In this document: in pieces, positions 21,371-31,895 of the stretch
Layout of the letters: each line of letters begins with the position of its first letter
Position numbering within the stretch: position 1 is the first letter of the stretch
Assembly: GCA_963733035.1 (NCBI GenBank)
Contig: CAVTBU010000004.1
Span: 1-64,000, forward strand
DNA length: 64,000 nt
Source: Pirellulales bacterium
Lineage (GTDB): Bacteria > Planctomycetota > Planctomycetia > Pirellulales > PALSA-1355
Reading direction: 5' to 3'
Notes under the pieces: model-generated
The model's database searches: none
The model's input: the letters and a program-made list of their open reading frames with translations, nothing else
Told to the model about the DNA's origin: nothing
Made by a program: the position numbers and the translations under genes

Positions 21371-23532
21371 CCGATGCGCTTACGAAAGCGACGAACAGCG
21401 ACCGGAGCGACAACTGTCGCGGCCAAGCCGAGCAGGACAAACGTCGCCGGTTCAGGAACCGTGCGGACGCCCACGATTGTGCCGCTGAGGCTGACCGTTC
21501 CCACAAGACCATTGACGTCGAGCGGAAACGCGGCATTGATCGGCAGCGTCAAGGTTTCGGTGATGCCGGAGACTGAAAGATTGCCGATAGCCGAAGCATC
21601 GGGTGCCGATTGCCCTGCCAGAGGTGTCGTCCCCATCAGCGAAGCACCAAGCACGACCGCGTTATAGTCGAGGTCGCCTGCGGTGATTCCCAGCACATAT
21701 CCGGTGGCATCGAAATCACCGGTGCCACCGATCGTTGAAGGGCCACCGCTAACGTCAAACAGAATGTTGCGAAACGCGGCAGTACCACTGGCAAGACCGC
21801 CAAGCGTGAAGCCGTAGTCAGCGTCGGCCGACCCGTCACGGCCGCCTACAATCGGCTGCCAGGTGCCATTTACAAGAGCGTTCAGCGCTGCGCTTGTCAG
21901 CGAGATGGAGCCTCCCGACAGGTCACCGCTGATTGTTCCCTGGTAGTTTGTTTGATCGGCTCCAGGCCCCTGGGGCACGAGCGTCACGATGTCGTTGGGA
22001 AAGGTAGTCGTGACCTGAATGTAGGATGCTGACGAATCGACATTCCACGAGACCATGCCTGCCGTAGCTGAGGGGGCGTTTAGAGCGACGCCGAATAGCG
22101 CGACGAGAAGCAGAACTTTGCCATTCACAAGCGATGCCCTTATGGCCGTAACAGAGCGGCAGGGCAACAGGGGTCCAAAACTTAGAGCACGACGCAGGCG
22201 GGAGGTCGCTGTCATCATGACGCGCCTCCCGGACACAAGCTGGCGTCCTCCAAAAGTTGCATTGCGACAGCGCATGGACGTCTTGAGCCGTCCGAGCAAA
22301 CTCCAAGGGCTATGCGGTCGCCGCAGAGTGATTAGCAACAAGGCCGATAGCCCAAGTACGATCGATGCGGGCTCGGGCACGACGGTGACTTGCAACGTCG
22401 CAGTGACCGGGAAGTGGTCGGAGGGATAAAGCCCGTTATACGACGTGTGTACGATCTGGGCGGCTGTGGCCGTGAATGTCGACGCGTCGTAAAAAATGTG
22501 ATCGATTGAAGCACCATACTGGTCTCCGGTAAAATGGTGAGACGTCGACTCGTCGACGCCGATCGTGGGATATACGTTCCGATAGGCATCGGTGAGCTTA
22601 AAGCCGCTGGCGATGCTGCCATCGAGCGTCTGCAGGCTAGAACTTTCGAGTTCCGCGTTGAAGTCGCCGATCACCAACACCGGCAGCCCGCCCGCGAGCT
22701 GGCTGATCTGGTCGCGCATGAGCGTGGCCGACTCGTCCCGGGCCAGCGAATCGAGCGACCAGTGCGTGTCGACGGTAAAATACGTCTGGTGGCTTTGATT
22801 GTCGTTCAGCTTGATCCAGGACACCATGCGCGGATTGCTGGTGTCGGTCCCGGTTCCGTAGAACGTCGTCCCAGGCACGGTCGGAGTATCGCTCAGCCAG
22901 AAGTCTCCATGCCCTAGGTCGGTGAAACGAGAGGTCAAATAGAAAATGCCATTCGTCTCGCCGCTGTTACTGCCGTTGCCGCCGCGCCCTTGCCCGTAAT
23001 ACGTGTATCCGGGGAGAGCGGCCTTCAAGTCATTGACCTGGTTGGGCAGCCCTTCCTGCTCTCCCAGGATGTCCGGCGCGTAGCTGGTAATCTTGTCGAT
23101 GGCTTTGTCGCGGCGATCGCCGGTAAAGATTACTGATTTGTCCGTGACCCAACTGTTGGGGGACAATTGATTCGTGGCGTCGTCTTCCTTGATGTTGAAT
23201 GTCATGACGTTCAGATCCGCGGTCCCGGCCTGCGCCAGTGTGCCGGCCAACAAGACCGTGGCCGGCCCCGCCCATGAGAGGACGAGATTTGCAAGGCGGG
23301 AGGAATGATCACGGTGGGGCCATCGATTCCTGACCGGGGCCCCGCCCCCGCCGGCGCTTGAACGATCCGAACGCAGCCACGCTCGCCGCCACCGAAATAG
23401 GAAGGCCCCAGGCGCTGGCTGCGGCACCTCCAACCGGTCGAATGAAGCACGACCCGTTACGTTGCGATCTTGGGCCAATGGCAGTCTCAGAGATTCCCTG
23501 AGCCGAAAAATGGCCGCGCCGGCCAGCAACAC
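21319..23532 (-). CDS. Fused ORF: endonuclease/exonuclease/phosphatase (EEP) domain + PEP-CTERM, then a second PEP-CTERM protein (possible own GTG start at 22128)
   Basis: VMTFNI, GEQE, GDFN, IDHIF and SDHFPV motifs; two VPEP-TM-basic signals; the stop lies inside U7. Confidence 0.75.
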   Translation of the reverse strand: MLLAGAAIFRLRESLRLPLAQDRNVTGRASFDRLEVPQPAPGAFLFRWRRAWLRSDRSSAGGGGAPVRNRWPHRDHSSRLANLVLSWAGPATVLLAGTLAQAGTADLNVMTFNIKEDDATNQLSPNSWVTDKSVIFTGDRRDKAIDKITSYAPDILGEQEGLPNQVNDLKAALPGYTYYGQGRGGNGSNSGETNGIFYLTSRFTDLGHGDFWLSDTPTVPGTTFYGTGTDTSNPRMVSWIKLNDNQSHQTYFTVDTHWSLDSLARDESATLMRDQISQLAGGLPVLVIGDFNAELESSSLQTLDGSIASGFKLTDAYRNVYPTIGVDESTSHHFTGDQYGASIDHIFYDASTFTATAAQIVHTSYNGLYPSDHFPVTATLQVTVVPEPASIVLGLSALLLITLRRPHSPWSLLGRLKTSMRCRNATFGGRQLVSGRRVMMTATSRLRRALSFGPLLPCRSVTAIRASLVNGKVLLLVALFGVALNAPSATAGMVSWNVDSSASYIQVTTTFPNDIVTLVPQGPGADQTNYQGTISGDLSGGSISLTSAALNALVNGTWQPIVGGRDGSADADYGFTLGGLASGTAAFRNILFDVSGGPSTIGGTGDFDATGYVLGITAGDLDYNAVVLGASLMGTTPLAGQSAPDASAIGNLSVSGITETLTLPINAAFPLDVNGLVGTVSLSGTIVGVRTVPEPATFVLLGLAATVVAPVAVRRFRKRIGRSAQICCHSQFASSRA

Positions 23533-24490
23533 CAGCGCGGGCGCCTTCGCCGCAATGCGACCAGCAGCAGAGTCAGCCCGCCAGCGCCGGCCAGCACGGC
23601 CGTGCCGGGCTCAGGGACACTTGCCACGCGGAACCCGATTTCGTCGTACCCCTGCGTCGGGTATAAGGTGTAGGTGTAGTACCCGCGGGCCAGGGTGTCG
23701 TAGGTGCCGTTCCACGCGCCACCACGCGCAGCTAAGCCGTCTTCGTTCCATTGAAAGACGTCGCCTCCCATGTCGTACGCGCCGTAGGGGCTGGCTGAGC
23801 CCGTGTACGCTCCCACATCGGTTAAATAGCTCTGATTGGGGTCATAGGGCATCGAGGGGCCCGTAAGGGAGAAGCCCGTTGAATTGCTGAAGAAGTTCGC
23901 AGTGTTGGGCGTGCTGCCTGGAGGCGCGGAGGTCGGCGCTGTGTTGCTGGAAAATGGGTATTGGTAATACGAGCTCGTGGCCGGGTCGTAGTACGCCGCC
24001 TTGTCCCATTCATGTTGGCTGGGGATGTAGACGGTGGCGAACGGACTGCGTTGGACTTCGAGCAGTGCAAGGTCGGTGTTCGCTCCGTTGAGGGCGTACG
24101 CACCCGTTTCCGTAGTGCCCGGGCCTTCGGCTCCGGTTGGCTGGCCGTTTTGCAGCCAGTTGCAGAAGCGGGCCGCGTCGACCCAACTCACGTAGGTGAT
24201 CGGCAGATTCGCCGAATTGCCGATCACGCTGTAGGTGTAGCTGCCCGAGGAGCCGCTGCGCAATACCGGCAATGTTGAGGTCCGTGCCCATCGGCGGGTA
24301 GTACAGCCCGTACGTATCGGTGGCCGCCACGGCGTTCAGGAACTCAGTGTACTGGGCGACCGTGACATCGTACTTGTCGATGCTGTAATTGTAGGGGACC
24401 GAGCCGTAGCCGGCGTTGCCCACCGGCACCCAATCGATCGTGACGGCCAAAGCGGGGGAAGCGAACGCGCACAGGGCCGTGCAGCCCAGG
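23487..24490 (-). CDS. FGE-sulfatase/PEP-CTERM unit 2, frameshifted near 24260, translated as a continuation of the upstream ORF
   Basis: VTIDWVPVGNAG in one frame and EWDKAAY...GFRVASVPEP in another; a GC dinucleotide is missing relative to paralogues. Confidence 0.75.
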
Positions 24491-25593
24491 AACGCCAACG
24501 CGCGGCGCCTTCGCCGCAGAACAACCAGCAGCAAGGCCAGCCCGCCAGCGCCGGCCAGCACTGCCGTGCCTGGCTCAGGGACGCTGGCCACGCGGAACCC
24601 AATGCCGAAGCTCTCGTCCCCCGGGTTGTAGGAATCCCGCCATGAGGAGGCCGAGGTGTTCGAGCCGTAGCTATACGAACCACCCCGCATGACCTTATTA
24701 TCCCCGTTTCTGGTTTCGGTCCACTGCCACACGTCGCCTCCCATGTCGAACGCGCCATAGGGGCTGGCCGAGCCTGTGTACGCCCCCACATTGGTCAGGT
24801 AAGGTGGGCCCGCTACGGCGTAGTCGCTGCCATAAAAATTGCCTGTGTCGGGCGTGCTGCCTGGTGGCGCCGAAGTCGGGAGCGTGTTGCTCGAAAACGG
24901 ATATTGATAGTAAGCTCCCGCGCCGCTGTTGAGCGTCGGGTCGTAGTAGGCTGCCTTGTACCACTCGTTCTCGTTGGGAAGGAAGATCGTGGCGTCGGCG
25001 TTGCGTGTGATGGTCCGCAGCAAGATATCGTTAGTGATACCGTTGAGCGTGTACGCGCCGGTTTCGGTCGTGCCCGGGCCTTCCGCTCCTGTTGGCTGGC
25101 CGTTTTGCAGCCAGTTGGCAAACCGAACCGCGTTGCCCCAACTCGCGTACGTAACCGGAAAATTGGCCGAGTTGCCGATCACGCTGTAGGTGTAGCTTCC
25201 CGAGGAGCCGCTTTGGGCGATGCCCGCAATGTCTGCGTCCGTGGCCATATTGCCGTAGTAGAGCCCGTACGGGTCGGCCTTCGCGACGGAGTTGAGGAAC
25301 TCGGTGTACTGACCGACCGTGACGTCGTACTTATCGATGTTGTAGTCGTAGGCCACGGCGCCGTAGCGGGAGGACGTGTTCGGATCGGCCGCATTGCCGG
25401 CATTGCCCACGGGTGCCCAATCGATCGTGACAGCGGAGGCAGGTAACGCGAAAACGCACGCAAACGTGTAGGCCAGCCAGACCAAAGCGCGGCGCCTTTG
25501 CCGCAGAGCAATCGGTGAGGGCTGCAGAGCCGGCTTCCGTGGTGGGATGGTCATGCCTTTTAGCAAGGCGGAATGAGCAAGGACGAGGTCCAT
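24490..25593 (-). CDS. FGE-sulfatase/PEP-CTERM unit 1 (no stop; runs into the signal peptide of unit 2)
   Basis: Start overlaps the GH99 stop (TAATG); complete FGE motifs; VPEP-TM-RRRRR. Confidence 0.8.
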
Positions 25594-26849
25594 TAGAAGC
25601 CTTCCTTTCTTTGTCGAGAAACATGCCGATGCCCAACCGCCACTTGTCTCAGCAATACGGCCAGCACAATCAAACAGCTACCTGCCAATAACAGTTGACT
25701 GCTTGTCGGCTCCGGAACGGTGGCCGTGCGCAGCTCGTTGAGGTAAAGATCGCCGTATCCCGGGTACGAGTATCCCTGCGTCAACGTTCCCGAGGCGTCG
25801 TCGGCGCTGGTCGGAGCGGCCAGGTTCGTGGGCTCGATTTGCGTGTCCTCGTGCCACTCGTTGAACGAGTTAACCATCAGGATATTTGCAGCCGCCGGAT
25901 CGAGGTTGGGCAGCGCGGCGCGATTGAGCTCGTCGGCAAACAACGATCCCTCGGCCGAGCCAGGGACATCGGTCTCGTAGCGCGGCGCGGCCGCGTGGCC
26001 CGAGCGGACCGCCGCGTCGTTGAAACCCGGCGAGACCGTGGGAATGAACCCGATATTGTCCGCGTGCGCCATTTGAGCGGCCGCCTGGTATTGACTGGCC
26101 AGCTCGGTCACGGCGGCCGTCGTCGAACCAAGACCTCCTAGCGCGCTTCCGTAGACGTCGAAGTCGGTGATCGCGTCCCACAATCCCGCCCGCTGGGCGT
26201 CGTTCTGGCCGGGAAACACGTCGTCGCCGATCAAGTAGGGATCGACGCCGAACTGCTGCTCCATCGCTTGGCGCAGGTCCGCGACCGCCTGCTGTCCGCC
26301 CGGACCGTTGAAGTAGGCCCGCGTGAGATACATGAACACGACCGGGCGCCCGTCGATTTGCAGGTAATTGGGATTGTTGAAATAGTCCTGCGCCAGGTAT
26401 TGAAAGTCGGGGATCAGGTTCGTGTAGTTGGGGCGGCTGAAGCTTCCCAGCCGTCCGGTGGACTCGTAGTGGATCGCGTATTTCAGTTCGCCGGCGCGCG
26501 GATCGGTCAACACGTAGTCCTGCAACGTCGTATCTTCGGCCGAACCTGACCCCCACCAGCTCGTGGCCCAAAAGCTGATGTTCGCCTGGTGGCTGGCGTC
26601 GATCTGCGACTCGATGGCCGCGCTGCTGCGGCTGCTGTAGTAGCCCTGCGCGGGCGACTGCTGCGGCGCCAGGTTCTCGCGCAGCGTCTGCGTCCAGCTA
26701 TGGCCGCCTGGGTACGGTCCGTACCACGGATAGTAATAGGCTCCTACGAGGGGAGCCGCCTGCGCGCGGATGCCCGACAAAGCCAGGCAGGCAATAAAGC
26801 CCAGCGCGAGGAGTCGTGCGGCAAGCGGACGAAACGCGATCTTCAACAT
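25593..26849 (-). CDS. Glycoside hydrolase family 99-like protein with PEP-CTERM
   Basis: AYYYPWY, SWWG, IDGRPVVF, VSPGFND and NSFNEWHEDTQIEP motifs; VPEP tail. Confidence 0.8.
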   Translation of the reverse strand: MLKIAFRPLAARLLALGFIACLALSGIRAQAAPLVGAYYYPWYGPYPGGHSWTQTLRENLAPQQSPAQGYYSSRSSAAIESQIDASHQANISFWATSWWGSGSAEDTTLQDYVLTDPRAGELKYAIHYESTGRLGSFSRPNYTNLIPDFQYLAQDYFNNPNYLQIDGRPVVFMYLTRAYFNGPGGQQAVADLRQAMEQQFGVDPYLIGDDVFPGQNDAQRAGLWDAITDFDVYGSALGGLGSTTAAVTELASQYQAAAQMAHADNIGFIPTVSPGFNDAAVRSGHAAAPRYETDVPGSAEGSLFADELNRAALPNLDPAAANILMVNSFNEWHEDTQIEPTNLAAPTSADDASGTLTQGYSYPGYGDLYLNELRTATVPEPTSSQLLLAGSCLIVLAVLLRQVAVGHRHVSRQRKEGF

Positions 26850-27262
26850 GGCTAGCAACTACGCGAGGATTTCCCCGTCCTTTCTTTTTTGAGAGACGAG
26901 ACGTTCGCCAGGACCGAGAAGGAAATGCTTCTGTGCCTGTCGACGACCGATCTGCGATTGAATGAAAGGGTAATGTTCTTGTGTGCAGGGCCGTCAGCCG
27001 GGCTCGTCCGCAAATTCAACCGGCTACCATTCAATGCGTGAAAGCCTTCCCCCTTGCACCGACTTTTTTGAGAATTGCCGCCAGGAACGAACTGGACGGG
27101 CGTCCTGAGGTGCTGCCCGGCTCCGCGGCACACTCGCCGGGCTCAGAGGTTTGGAAGGCGCGAAACGTCGCTTTGCGCGGGACTTCCAAGAAAGACGAAA
27201 CCGGCGGAGTCCTGGTTTACAATGGTGCCTTAAGGTCAGTCTGTTCCGGCGGTCCATTGAAG

Positions 27263-27819
27263 ATGGATAACGTTACTCAAATCCTATGCGCGATCCAACA
27301 GGGCGACCCTCGCGCCGCGGACCGGCTTCTTCCGCTGGTGTACGCCGAGCTGCGGCGGCTGGCCGCACAGCGTCTGGCCCAGGAGCAGCCGGGACAGACG
27401 CTTCAAGCAACGGCGCTGGTTCACGAAGTTTACCTGCGACTGGTCGACGTGGAGCTCATCCAGAAATGGGATGGGCGAGGTCACTTTTTCGCGGCCGCGG
27501 CGGAAGCGATGCGGCGAATCCTGATTGAGCGAGCGCGCAAGCAGCGCACGCTCAAGCGCGGGGGGCGGGAAACCGGCTCGATTTCGAGGAGCTTTCGCTG
27601 GCCGTCGATGGCCCGTCCTTCGAGTTAATGGCAATCGACGAGGCTTTGAGCGAGCTCGAGCGCAACGAGCCGCAGGCTGCACTGCTCGTCAAATTGAGGT
27701 TTTTTGCCGGATTGTCGCACCAGGAGGCGGCCGAGGCCATCGGGGTCACCCGCCGGGCCGCGGACCGGCTTTGGACCCTGGCTAAGGCCTGGTTGTATCG
27801 ACGTTTGGACGGCGCTTAG
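27263..27819 (+). CDS. Planctomycete-type ECF sigma factor (TIGR02999-like), frameshifted at the G-run 27560-27565
   Basis: LLPLVYAELRRLA, TLQATALVHEVYLRL, HFFAAAAEAMRRIL; second frame LVKLRFFAGL...AKAWL. Confidence 0.85.
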
Positions 27820-27904
27820 GCAGCATCGATCCGACAAATAGCGTGCAAACTCGCAGCGGCTGACGCATTAGAGGGTAGAGCCCCATCGCCCCCAAAGAAA
27901 CGCC

Positions 27905-30250
27905 ATGGCTGACTGGAACCCGAAAGCGAACGAAATCTTCCTGCGGGCGGTGGAAATCGACTCGCCCGACGACCGCGGGCGCTACCTCGACGAAGTGTGC
28001 CAGGCGGACGTAGCACTCCGCGCCGAGGTGGAATCCTTGTTGGCGGCCTCGGAGCAAGCCGGCAGCTTCCTGGAGTCACCACCGGCAGGCTTGACGGCCG
28101 CCGCGATCGGCGAGTCTCTCCCAGAACACGTCGGTTCGATCGTCGGCCCCTACAAGCTGCTGGAGCAGATTGGCGAAGGCGGCATGGGCGTGGTGTTCAT
28201 GGCCGAACAGACCCAGCCGGTACGTCGCAAGGTGGCCCTGAAGCTGATCAAGCCGGGCATGGATACGCGCAACGTGATCGCACGGTTCGAGGCCGAGCGG
28301 CAGGCGCTTGCCGTGATGGATCATCCGGGCATTGCCCGCGTCCTTGACGCGGGCGCGACGCCCGCGGGTCATCCCTACTTTGCGATGGAACTGGTTCGCG
28401 GCGTGCCGATCACCGCCTATTGCGACGAGCAGAATCTGCCGATTCGCGAGCGGCTGGAGCTTTTCGCGTCTGTCTGTCAGGCGGTCCAGCATGCGCACGG
28501 CAAGGGGATCATTCACCGGGACATCAAGCCCAGCAACGTGCTTGTCACCCGCCAGGACGGCAGGGCGGTCGTCAAGGTGATCGACTTTGGCGTGGCCAAG
28601 GCGATGGGCCAACAGTTGACGGAGAATACGCTCTTCACGAACTTTGCCCAAATGATCGGCACGCCTCTCTACATGAGTCCCGAGCAGGCGGAAGCCAGTG
28701 GCGTGGACATCGATACCCGAAGCGACATCTATTCCTTGGGAGTCCTGCTCTACGAGCTGCTCACCGGCACGACGCCTGTGAGCACCGAACAACTGCAGAA
28801 GGCTGGATTCGACGAGATCCGCCGCATCATTCGCGAGCAGGAGCCTCTCACGCCAAGTGCGCGCATCAGCAGCAGCCAAAGTTTGCCGGCGATCGCCGCA
28901 CACCGGCACATCGAGCCTGTGCGCCTGACGCGACTGATGCGCGGAGAGCTGGACTGGATCGTGATGAAGGCGCTGGAGAAGGATCGCAATCGGCGTTACG
29001 AGACGGCCAACGCCTTTGCAGCGGATATCCTGCACCACTTGCACGACGAACCGGTCCAGGCGTGCCCACCCTCGGCGAGTTACCGGTTCCGCAAGCTTGC
29101 CCGCCGCAACCGCGCTGCCTTGGCGACCATCAGCGTGGTAGCCGCGGCGCTGCTTGCCGGAACGGTGCTCAGCACCTGGCAGGCAGTCCGTGCCAGACGC
29201 GCCGAGCGCTTGGCCGATGCTCGCCTAGTCGCGGAAAAAAAGGCGCGTGAGGCGGAGACGGCCCTGCGCAAGCAGGCCGAAGCCCAACAAGCCGCCGCGG
29301 AGGTTTTCGTAAAAGACGTTTACCAAGCGGCCGAAAATATGTCCAAGACGGATGACTGGCGGGAACTATTGTTCGAGCGGGCTCTCGCGCTTACCGAGGA
29401 GCTGGCCCGCGGATTCCCCTCTCAGCCAGACCACTTGGAGCGTGCGGGCCACATTCACAGGTTCCTAGGCTGGATTGCCGAAGCCGACGGCCGATTCGAC
29501 GAAGCTCGCTCGCACTTAGAAAAGGGCGCCGCTGCGTTCAAACAACTCGCCGCAGGTCACTTTCCAAAGGGGGACCGGTACTACGGCGGTTTACATGGCG
29601 ATGCACTCGCGAGCTTGGCCATCGTGCTGCGGAAGGCGGGAAAGCCCAGCGAGGCCGAGGAGACGGTTCGCGAGGCCATCCGCATTTGCCGCGCTGCGTC
29701 TGGGGACGAGAGCCAACCCTTGGCCTTTGCGCTGTCTGCGCTCGCACAGTTGCTCGCCGAGCGCAAAGAATACCTGGAAGCCGAGGCGAGCTACCGCGAG
29801 GTCATTCCCATTTGGGAGAAACTGGTCACCCGGTCGCCAACCAACGAGTTCTATCGCTGGCATCTCGCGGATAGTCACAGAAGCCTGGGCAATGTGCTGC
29901 GTGCCGTTGAGCGCTACGACGAGGCCGAGGCGAGCTGCCGCAAGGCCATCGCCGTCTGGGAGAAACTGGTCGCCGAGTCGCCGACCAATCAGGGCTATCG
30001 CTGGCACCTCGCCGGAACTCACGACAACCTGACCTACGTGCTGCGTGCCGTCGAGCGCCACGAAGAAGCCGAGGCGAGCTGCCAGAAGGCCATCGCCATT
30101 TGGGAGCAGCTGGTCGCCGAGTCGCCAACGAACCAGGACTTTCGGCATCATCTCGGCTGGAGCCGCAAATCGTCGCGAAATAGCGATTCAGGCAATCTCA
30201 AATCATGTAGCGACTTGCTTAAGCAGCCCCCTCAAACGAGTCCGCGCTGA
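27905..30250 (+). CDS. Ser/Thr protein kinase with TM and TPR-like repeats
   Basis: [22 protein letters not shown] and [10 protein letters not shown] motifs; the C-terminus looks abruptly truncated. Confidence 0.92.
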   Translation: MADWNPKANEIFLRAVEIDSPDDRGRYLDEVCQADVALRAEVESLLAASEQAGSFLESPPAGLTAAAIGESLPEHVGSIVGPYKLLEQIGEGGMGVVFMAEQTQPVRRKVALKLIKPGMDTRNVIARFEAERQALAVMDHPGIARVLDAGATPAGHPYFAMELVRGVPITAYCDEQNLPIRERLELFASVCQAVQHAHGKGIIHRDIKPSNVLVTRQDGRAVVKVIDFGVAKAMGQQLTENTLFTNFAQMIGTPLYMSPEQAEASGVDIDTRSDIYSLGVLLYELLTGTTPVSTEQLQKAGFDEIRRIIREQEPLTPSARISSSQSLPAIAAHRHIEPVRLTRLMRGELDWIVMKALEKDRNRRYETANAFAADILHHLHDEPVQACPPSASYRFRKLARRNRAALATISVVAAALLAGTVLSTWQAVRARRAERLADARLVAEKKAREAETALRKQAEAQQAAAEVFVKDVYQAAENMSKTDDWRELLFERALALTEELARGFPSQPDHLERAGHIHRFLGWIAEADGRFDEARSHLEKGAAAFKQLAAGHFPKGDRYYGGLHGDALASLAIVLRKAGKPSEAEETVREAIRICRAASGDESQPLAFALSALAQLLAERKEYLEAEASYREVIPIWEKLVTRSPTNEFYRWHLADSHRSLGNVLRAVERYDEAEASCRKAIAVWEKLVAESPTNQGYRWHLAGTHDNLTYVLRAVERHEEAEASCQKAIAIWEQLVAESPTNQDFRHHLGWSRKSSRNSDSGNLKSCSDLLKQPPQTSPR
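29780..30160 (+). repeat. 144-bp (48-aa) tandem repeat, ~2.7 copies
   Basis: GCCGAGGCGAGCT at 29780, 29924 and 30068. Confidence 0.85.
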
Positions 30251-30415
30251 GATGAGTAGTCTTGGCGGGCACAGATCGCAGGAGGTCTTTCGATACGATG
30301 CGGCAAGAAGTACGGAATGGGTTAGGATTATCCCGAAGTTGCGAGACGCTGAGGTGCTAACCCCCCCTGGGCAGGTGAGTGAAACTGGATTGGACGGTGG
30401 CGACGTCCTTATTGC

Positions 30416-30897
30416 GCTCCCAGTACAGAACCCTCTTCGAACCAATGCGCACGAGTGCTATTTTGAGAAGTGGTGTTGGGCAATCCGTGGTCGCCAGGTT
30501 CGTCTGCATATCACCGGTCCGAACGACGGTGTGGGATGGCGAGTTCGTCGACTACTATCACGACTGTCGACCGCATCAAGGCATTGGCAATCGGCTGATT
30601 GGTGCGGACGATTCCGACGCGCCGCCAGAGTTTGAGTGCGTTGAGCAGCTTGAGTGCGAGTCTCGGCTCGGCGGGCTGCTCAAGACATATCGTCGCGCCG
30701 CCTGACGACGGTCAAGTTTCGATCAGCTACGATTCTGTCGCACGCTGGCGATGCGGCCGATCTCTCGAATTTGCGATTCTGAACCGAGATTTCGGACGCA
30801 CGCTGCCATGCTGCCGACGCAAAGGGCTAGGGATTCAAAGCACAACCGCGCTCGCGAAGTGCCGAACAGGCTGTGGTATTCTTTTTGTACACAGCGG
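30416..30897 (+). mobile_element. Unit U8: non-autonomous derivative with 5-bp target duplication
   Basis: ATTGC at 30411-30415 and 30898-30902; ends GCTCCCAGTACAGAA and TTTTGTACACAGCGG. Confidence 0.85.
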
Positions 30898-30937
30898 ATT
30901 GCACACATGTCGTGTCGAATTAGGCGGTACTCACTAA

Positions 30938-31849
30938 GAGCCTAGAGACAAAACTAATCTCTGATCCAGATTCGGTAGCAGATAATGGCGGCTGCGAGGG
31001 AAAGGAAGGCCTGATGGATTTCGGGTTTTCGGTCCCAGCGGATGCGTAAGCGACGGAACTGGTGGAGCCAACTGATCGTGCGTTCGACAAACCAGCGTTG
31101 GACACCCAGTCCGCCTTCATCCTCGCCACGTTTGGGCAGCAGCGGTTCGATGCCGAGCCACTTCAGGATGTCGCGCAGCGGCTGGCTATCGAAGCCCTTG
31201 TCGGCGAGCAGCGTGGTGGGTTTGCGTTTCGGCCGCCCGGGCTTTCCAGCAACGGCAGGTAGGTCGATGACCAGTGGCAACAGCGTGGTGACGTCGTGTT
31301 GGTTGGCCGCGACGGTCTGGACCACCAACGGTACACCCTCGGCGTCGGTCAGCACGCAGTGCTTACTTCCCTGGCGGCCGCGGTCCGTCGGGTTCGGGCC
31401 CGTTTTGGCCCGCCCAGCGGGGCCTTCACCAGACCACAATCGACTAGCACTCGCGACCAATCCAGCAGGTCCGCGCCACGCAGCTTGGCCAGGAACAACT
31501 CGTGGATCTGCTGCCAGATACCCTGCTCCGTCCACTCGTCGATCCGACGCGTGCAGGTCTTGTAGGACACGCCGAAGGCTTCGGTGGGCAGGTCCTTCCA
31601 GCCGATGCCTGTCTTCAGCACAAACACCACGGCGGTCAGCACCAACCGCGCCTCCTTTGGTGGCCGACCGCCATCCGGCGATGGCTCGTACTCCGGAAAC
31701 AACTGCTCGATTTCGTTCCACAACTCGTCCGGTAAAAGCTTGCTCGACATGGTCGTCCCTCCGTGAACCGCTCTTGCCTCCAACACGAAAGGACATCATC
31801 TTGAACCAACCTCGCCGATCAGGCCAACACCAGTTTTGTCCCTAGGCTC
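30938..31849 (-). mobile_element. IS5-family insertion sequence
   Basis: IR GAGCCTAG(A/G)GACAAAACT; TAA duplication; the matching empty site is visible at ~6931-6950. Confidence 0.92.
30954..31750 (-). CDS. IS5-family transposase, two frames joined by a probable -1 shift near 31402-31408
   Basis: LPDELW...GGRP...LKTGIGWKDLP; GPNPTDRG, ADKGFD and RWFVERTISWLHQFRRL. Confidence 0.88.
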
Positions 31850-31895
31850 TAACCTGAAACCCGTGATTTAATGGTTTGGTTGCCGTTCCCGGACG

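Noticed and set aside
2504..25593. Diversity-generating retroelement acting on the FGE genes
   Set aside because: No reverse transcriptase and no adenine-only template/variable repeat pair is visible in the window.
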